Source of the DNA: Seison nebaliae
Taxonomy: Eukaryota
Length of the DNA: 44,229 nucleotides
Direction of reading: 5' to 3'
Assembly: GCA_023231475.1 (NCBI GenBank)
Contig: JALJEE010000804.1
Location: forward strand, 1 to 44,229
The notes below the pieces were generated by a model. That model had not been told where the DNA came from, ran no database searches, and worked only from the letters and a program-made list of their open reading frames with translations. This document shows, one piece after another, positions 39,374 to 44,229 of this stretch; the first letter of the stretch is position 1; each line of letters begins with the position of its first letter. Made by a program: the position numbers and the translations under genes.

Positions 39374-40462
39374 GCAAATTCATATCGAAGAATTAGCGTG
39401 AATAATTCGGATCATATTAATTATTATCCGACGGATGTTATAGCCGAACAAGGTGTTCCTATAGCGAAATTTATAATTCATTCTCATTTACCCAGACATC
39501 TCTCATCCAATCATCGAAAAACATTAAATTCGAAAAATCCAAATTTCTCTCATAATTCCAATTTTTTCTATGTCATGAGAGATGTTGTAATGCAATTGAA
39601 TGATATTAATGAACAAGGAAAAGATGTCTCTCAAGAAAATTATCAGATTTTATCTCAACTTGGAATTCAACCATTATCACACTCCGATCATGTCATCATG
39701 TTCTCATCGGGAAAGATATTGACAGTAGAATTCTCTCATAAACATCCGGTTTTAATTAATTATGAATTCTGTTATCTCACTCCACCAACAATCCACCGTC
39801 ATCATCACCATCATCGACAAAGTAAACATCAATCGACTCAGAAACCACAATTACTGTACAAGAAACAATTCGTGACAAATCATTGTCTCCTCAATTATCG
39901 AACAAATAATATCTTCCAATTTATCATCGATATACCATATCCTGGTTTTTATACTTTCGAATTAAAAGCATGTGAAGGAACCAATCCTCATGTTCCCACC
40001 AAAACTGTTTCAACTTATCTTATTGCTGCTGAGAATATATCGATCAAATCTCACACATTTCCTCTAATAGCCAATCCTGTTCTTTGGCGAGGATGTGCTG
40101 TAATTGAACCTCAATATTCGCCCTTATCTTCCACCGTTAGCGAGATGAATAATCAGACATCGAATATGATAACTTTTCGCTTCCTCATGAATCCTCAAGT
40201 AGTAGAGGCAAGATTATATTCAGGTGATCAAGTTCAAATGTTGCATCAAGCCACAGAATTATCATCACCATCATCGTCATATCCCTCACTCAACAACCAT
40301 CAACAAGATACGTTGAGTAAGGAATGGACGACGACAATTAATCGTTTAACTCTCCAAAACGCTGTTTTCCTTCAAGCTAAATTAAGCCATATGCCTGACA
40401 AATATTATGATCTTCTCAAATACGAAGTTCAACTAAACAACGACGATGAGGAAAAACAATAA
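35979..40462 (+). CDS. Hillarin/kyphoscoliosis-peptidase (KY)-like protein with a degenerate transglutaminase-like core and C-terminal Ig-like repeats, about 1459 aa. Exons 35979-36476, 36527-36853, 36908-40462
   Basis: MFVRLCGMINVPSIILPGMIK..GVLLHNKWKFI..DHLFLMD..YYP resembles the KY/hillarin core. Downstream motifs PPSDGVFILVIY, GIQPLSH, IPYPGFYTFEL, VIEP and terminal YYDLLKYEV resemble KY-family Ig-like repeats. Two GTT..AG introns join the three ORFs in frame. Confidence 0.6.
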
Positions 40463-40770
40463 TCGATAATCGATATTTAGAACTGATAATTATTTGGAAA
40501 GTTATTTCACTAATCACCTAAAGAGGTTTTGTGGAAAAATTACAAAAGAAAATAATTTCCTTCAAAATTACTTTAATTCAAATTTCAGAGAAATATATTT
40601 CCATTTTAAATTAAATTAATATTTCCTTACAATAAACAAAAAATAAATTATTTTTTCTAATTTCATTTACTCTTTGAAATAATTATCCAGATGAATTTAT
40701 CAATTGACTGGATTTAAAGTCTTGAAAAGAAAAGAAAATATTCTCGGAAGAAAAGAATGAAAAGAATTAT

Positions 40771-42064
40771 TTAGATTCTAAAACAAATTTTTATAAATTT
40801 CTTCAACAAACAGAAAGAATTAAACTTTTTTATTATTTGTACAACATCTTCGTCGCACAGAACATGATCCTTCCCCACAGTCTGCGGTTGATGTTTAGCT
40901 GATCCTCCCCAAACCATTGCTCTTCAAACAAATAACAAATTATAAAGGAAGAAGGAAAAGAGAATGTGAACTGTTTAAAATCTTTCATAAGACTTCGATG
41001 TAGCGTATTACAAAAATCTTCAACAGTATGCGTTTTCCCGTTAAGGATGATTGGTGCATTATAATCAGGAACATGACCTCTCGGCTTCGTGTAACTAAAA
41101 GAGGATAATCGAATAATAATGAAAAGGCGAAGAAAGAAACATTCGAATTAAATTAAGATATTTCCACATTTGTTCTAGTAGATCATCAAAGTTCCATTTG
41201 CGATGTGCTGATATTGGGACGCAATGTGGTATCTTGTAAATGATATCTAACTCCTTTCAAAAATTATTATTTTTGGAGTGAATGAAGAGAAAAATGAGAA
41301 ACTTCAATTGAAATTTGATCGATTTTATTCAGAATATAAATACATGGAATATAAACTCGATTACCTTCGATGACATCGATCAAGTCATCGATCGTACATT
41401 CTTCTCTCACAATCACATCAGCATTATGAATTTTGTATTCGGAGAGAACGCTTTTCACTGTGTCATGATCCAAATCTTCTTGTGGGACAAGTGTTTGAAA
41501 ATTGAGTCCTCCTTTCGCCTTCTGTTTGAAGGAGATATTTGGTGGTTGTTTATTTAATCGAATACCAAATCCCTCCACTTCCTTCTCAATGATTCTTTTA
41601 TGTTGTAACGGTTTCAACACGTCCAATACGATAAAAAGTAGAGAACATGTTCTCGCCACTGTAATGACTTGTTTACCTCGACCTTTCCCGTCTTTCGCTC
41701 CTTCAATAATTCCCGGCAAATCCAACAATTGTATTTTCGCGCCTTTGTACCGAATAACGCCAGGAACAGTCGTCAACGTCGTAAATTCATAAGCGCCAAC
41801 TTCCGAATAAACACCGGCAATATTACTCAATAACGTCGATTTGCCAACTGAAGGGAAACCAACAAATCCGATTCTAGCGTCGCCTGTTTTTGCCACATCA
41901 AAACCTTCACCTTTCCCACCACCACCTCCTTTCGGTTCGATCAATTCTCTTCTTAATTTCGCCAATTGAGCTTTCAACAATCCTAAATGTTTGGCGGTCG
42001 CTTTGTTCTTTTGAGTACGAGCCATTTCCGCCTCAATCTCTTCAATTCTCTCCAATACTCCCAT
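40771..42064 (-). CDS. DRG1: Developmentally regulated GTP-binding protein 1 (OBG family, TGS domain), 366 aa. Exons 42064-41303, 41253-41141, 41094-40972, 40921-40826, 40777-40771
   Basis: [95 protein letters not shown]. The spliced length matches the family (about 367 aa). Confidence 0.97.
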
Positions 42065-42201
42065 GATACTTTTATTTCTGACTCGATTTGATGATCAATG
42101 ATATGAGGAATCACGTTTTCCTTATTTAATTAAAATTAAAGACGGTTCAACAAATGAATGAAGATTTTGAAGCTTAAATTTCGAATTTTCGAAAATTTAA
42201 T

Positions 42202-42404
42202 TGTAGTGTAATGGTTGTTCACCATCTTATGAGAAAAAGAAGCTTAGCACGGCACTCTTACTTTCAACAACCACATCTTCTTCTCATGGTTTTCCTATTA
42301 ATTAAATAAGAAAGATTCTCCAAATAAAATATCTTTTATGTTCTTCTCATATATCGTATACAAGGATAGGATGTCTAATAACGAACCTCCACATGGCGAC
42401 CACG
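42202..42404 (+). mobile_element. 5' LTR (42202-42393, TGT...ACA) and primer-binding site (42394-42404) of a Ty3/Gypsy element
   Basis: Starts TGTAGTG, contains AATAAA, ends CCACA, and is followed directly by TGGCGACCACG, complementary to a tRNA-Arg-type 3' end (..CGTGGTCGCCA). The gag remnant lies downstream on the same strand. Confidence 0.65.
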
Positions 42405-42444
42405 CTGATAATTTCGACATTCTTTCAAAAATCCTTTAAAACAT

Positions 42445-43771
42445 CGATGAACTCAATTCAAAGATGGATAAAACAGAATCCAAAATGCATGAAGAAATCG
42501 CTCAAATTAAAGATCGGTGTCTGCGGGAGATCGAACGAAGATACAAGCAGCGAATATTGCAATGAGAAAAATGGTTGAGAATATGGGAATTCAAGCAAGT
42601 TGGCATAAAGATGACATTTTGAAATTGGAAAGTAAATTAGGAGTAATTGTAATGGGAACAACACCATCCATACTCATAATTGATAATGTTCACCACACAA
42701 TATATTCCCTCAATCGCAACATTTCAACCGAAGATATCGAAGACATATCTAAAAAATATGAAAATTACAATCTAATTGTGGAGCAGAAATTATCAAATAA
42801 AAACGATATTGCCGCTCAAATTTTGAGATTGAAGAAATATATTGAAATGAATGAAGATGAAACACAATCAAAAAAAATATTCTTGAAAAATAATCATTTT
42901 TCTGAAATTGTATCCAATTAATGAATAAAATCGTGGAAAACGAGACAGAAGCATGTGAATCGTTGCTCGGAAAATTGTCGAATGTGGAAGACAATTCATC
43001 AAAATTGAAAATCGCTCACATACCTCAATACGATGAAGATAATACGCAAATCATTGATTAATTTAATCATTTTTAAATCCTCCCAATCAAATATTCAATG
43101 AAACTTTCCAAGAATATTCAAGTAGAGTCGAATTATTTCTCGTTGCTAATCGAATTCCTAAAACGATGTGGACAAATTTCATTTACTCTTCGTTAAATTC
43201 CAATGAAAGGGATCAAATTGACGCACAACGGTTTATAACAAATGGGAAACCATCAACATATGACGATATTATCAACTTTCTTTCGATCAAAAAATTGAAA
43301 CATCCAGCGATAACTGAATTTCATAGCTTGGAAAGAGAGGCATTAAGTAGTGTCCAAAATTTCTTTACCAACCTGAGACAACTATGTAATCTCGGATATC
43401 CACTCAAACCAACGGAATAAAAAAAGAGTTAATCGTACATCAATTCGTCAAAGGAGTTAATAGCGAGAAAATCAGTCGTAAGATATTTCAAATGCAACAA
43501 GAAAGAGATGTTGATTTACAAACGGTTCTGAAAGTAGCAATAAAAATGGAAGAGGAGGACGACTTCATCCGAAAATTGAGACAGAAAGATAGCGAAATTG
43601 TCATACACCATATTAAAACGAAAAACAAATTAAATTCGTCTACGGGCGAATGTAAACGATGTTTAAATAATTGTTGTTCCTATCATACCAAAGATACATG
43701 ATGCAGATGGTGTAATATAAATAAATGTATCGAGCATCAGGGCTATCGAAAACCCAAAGGAAGGAGAGATT
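42445..43771 (+). pseudogene. Degenerate Ty3/Gypsy gag
   Basis: Broken frames give ETFQEYSSRVELFLVANRIP..TYDDIINFL..EFHSLER..SVQNFFTNLRQLC..ELIVHQFVKGV..LQTVLKVAIKMEE plus a Cys/His-rich end; several stops and frameshifts. Confidence 0.75.
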
Positions 43772-44003
43772 TGTAAGCGTGCTGAAAGGGAAGTTATTTA
43801 TTATGGTAAATGTGAATGTATAATTATAATGAAAGGGAGACGGTTTCTCGTAAAGGAGAGTTAAAGGAGTTTATATCTTATTTGTTCTAGCTTCATATCT
43901 TTCTTAATCCCCGCGCTGCTTATATAGTCTTGTCTTTGATTGTTCCGACCTAATAATTATGATCCATCAGCTGGCCGTAGGTCCGTTGCGGCCTAGTTTC
44001 ACA

Positions 44004-44229
44004 TAGTTTGCTGATTACAGTGGCGGTAGCGCCTGTGTCTACCAAGAATTTTGTTGGCACTCCATTGACTTTTATCTTCATTGTCAAACTTTTGCAACTT
44101 ATGTTGGTTTCTCCATACATAATGCTAGCTTCCCCTAGCATGACGAATTCTTTCCTGACCTTTGGAGTTTCCACAGTCGTACTATAAATTTCCTCCTCGT
44201 TGTCGGTTTCTTCGTCATCTATATCGAAC
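44004..44229 (-). mobile_element. Retropepsin (Gypsy aspartic protease) fragment from a second, oppositely oriented LTR element
   Basis: IKVNGVPTKFLVDTGATATVIS with the DTGA catalytic motif; similarity ends right after VISKL. Confidence 0.8.

Overview
AT-rich, gene-dense animal genomic DNA with very short introns (41-102 nt) and the standard genetic code. In order, the window holds: the 3' part of a synaptotagmin-like tandem-C2 gene (1-1559); two adjacent giant genes carrying, respectively, the N-terminal and C-terminal conserved domains of the CCR4-NOT subunit CNOT11 (3106-8067 and 8706-17384); an ~11 kb non-coding tract; a LIM-homeobox Lhx1/5 gene; a cluster of transposon remnants (Tc3-like transposase, MITE, LINE-like); two tandem secreted amidase-type PGRP genes; a hillarin/KY-like pseudo-transglutaminase; DRG1 (minus strand); and nested Ty3/Gypsy remnants. 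Two signals stand out. (1) All 21 coding-region introns I could reconstruct start with GTT rather than the usual GTR, with no conserved +4..+6; one third end in AAG; and a perfect G|GTAAGT inside a Lhx exon appears to be ignored. This points to a rewired 5' splice-site code. (2) CNOT11 appears to be split into two tandem genes totalling about 4,470 aa, against about 510 aa for the human protein. All gene models are manual, all homologies are recognised from memory, and none is confirmed by RNA data or a database search.
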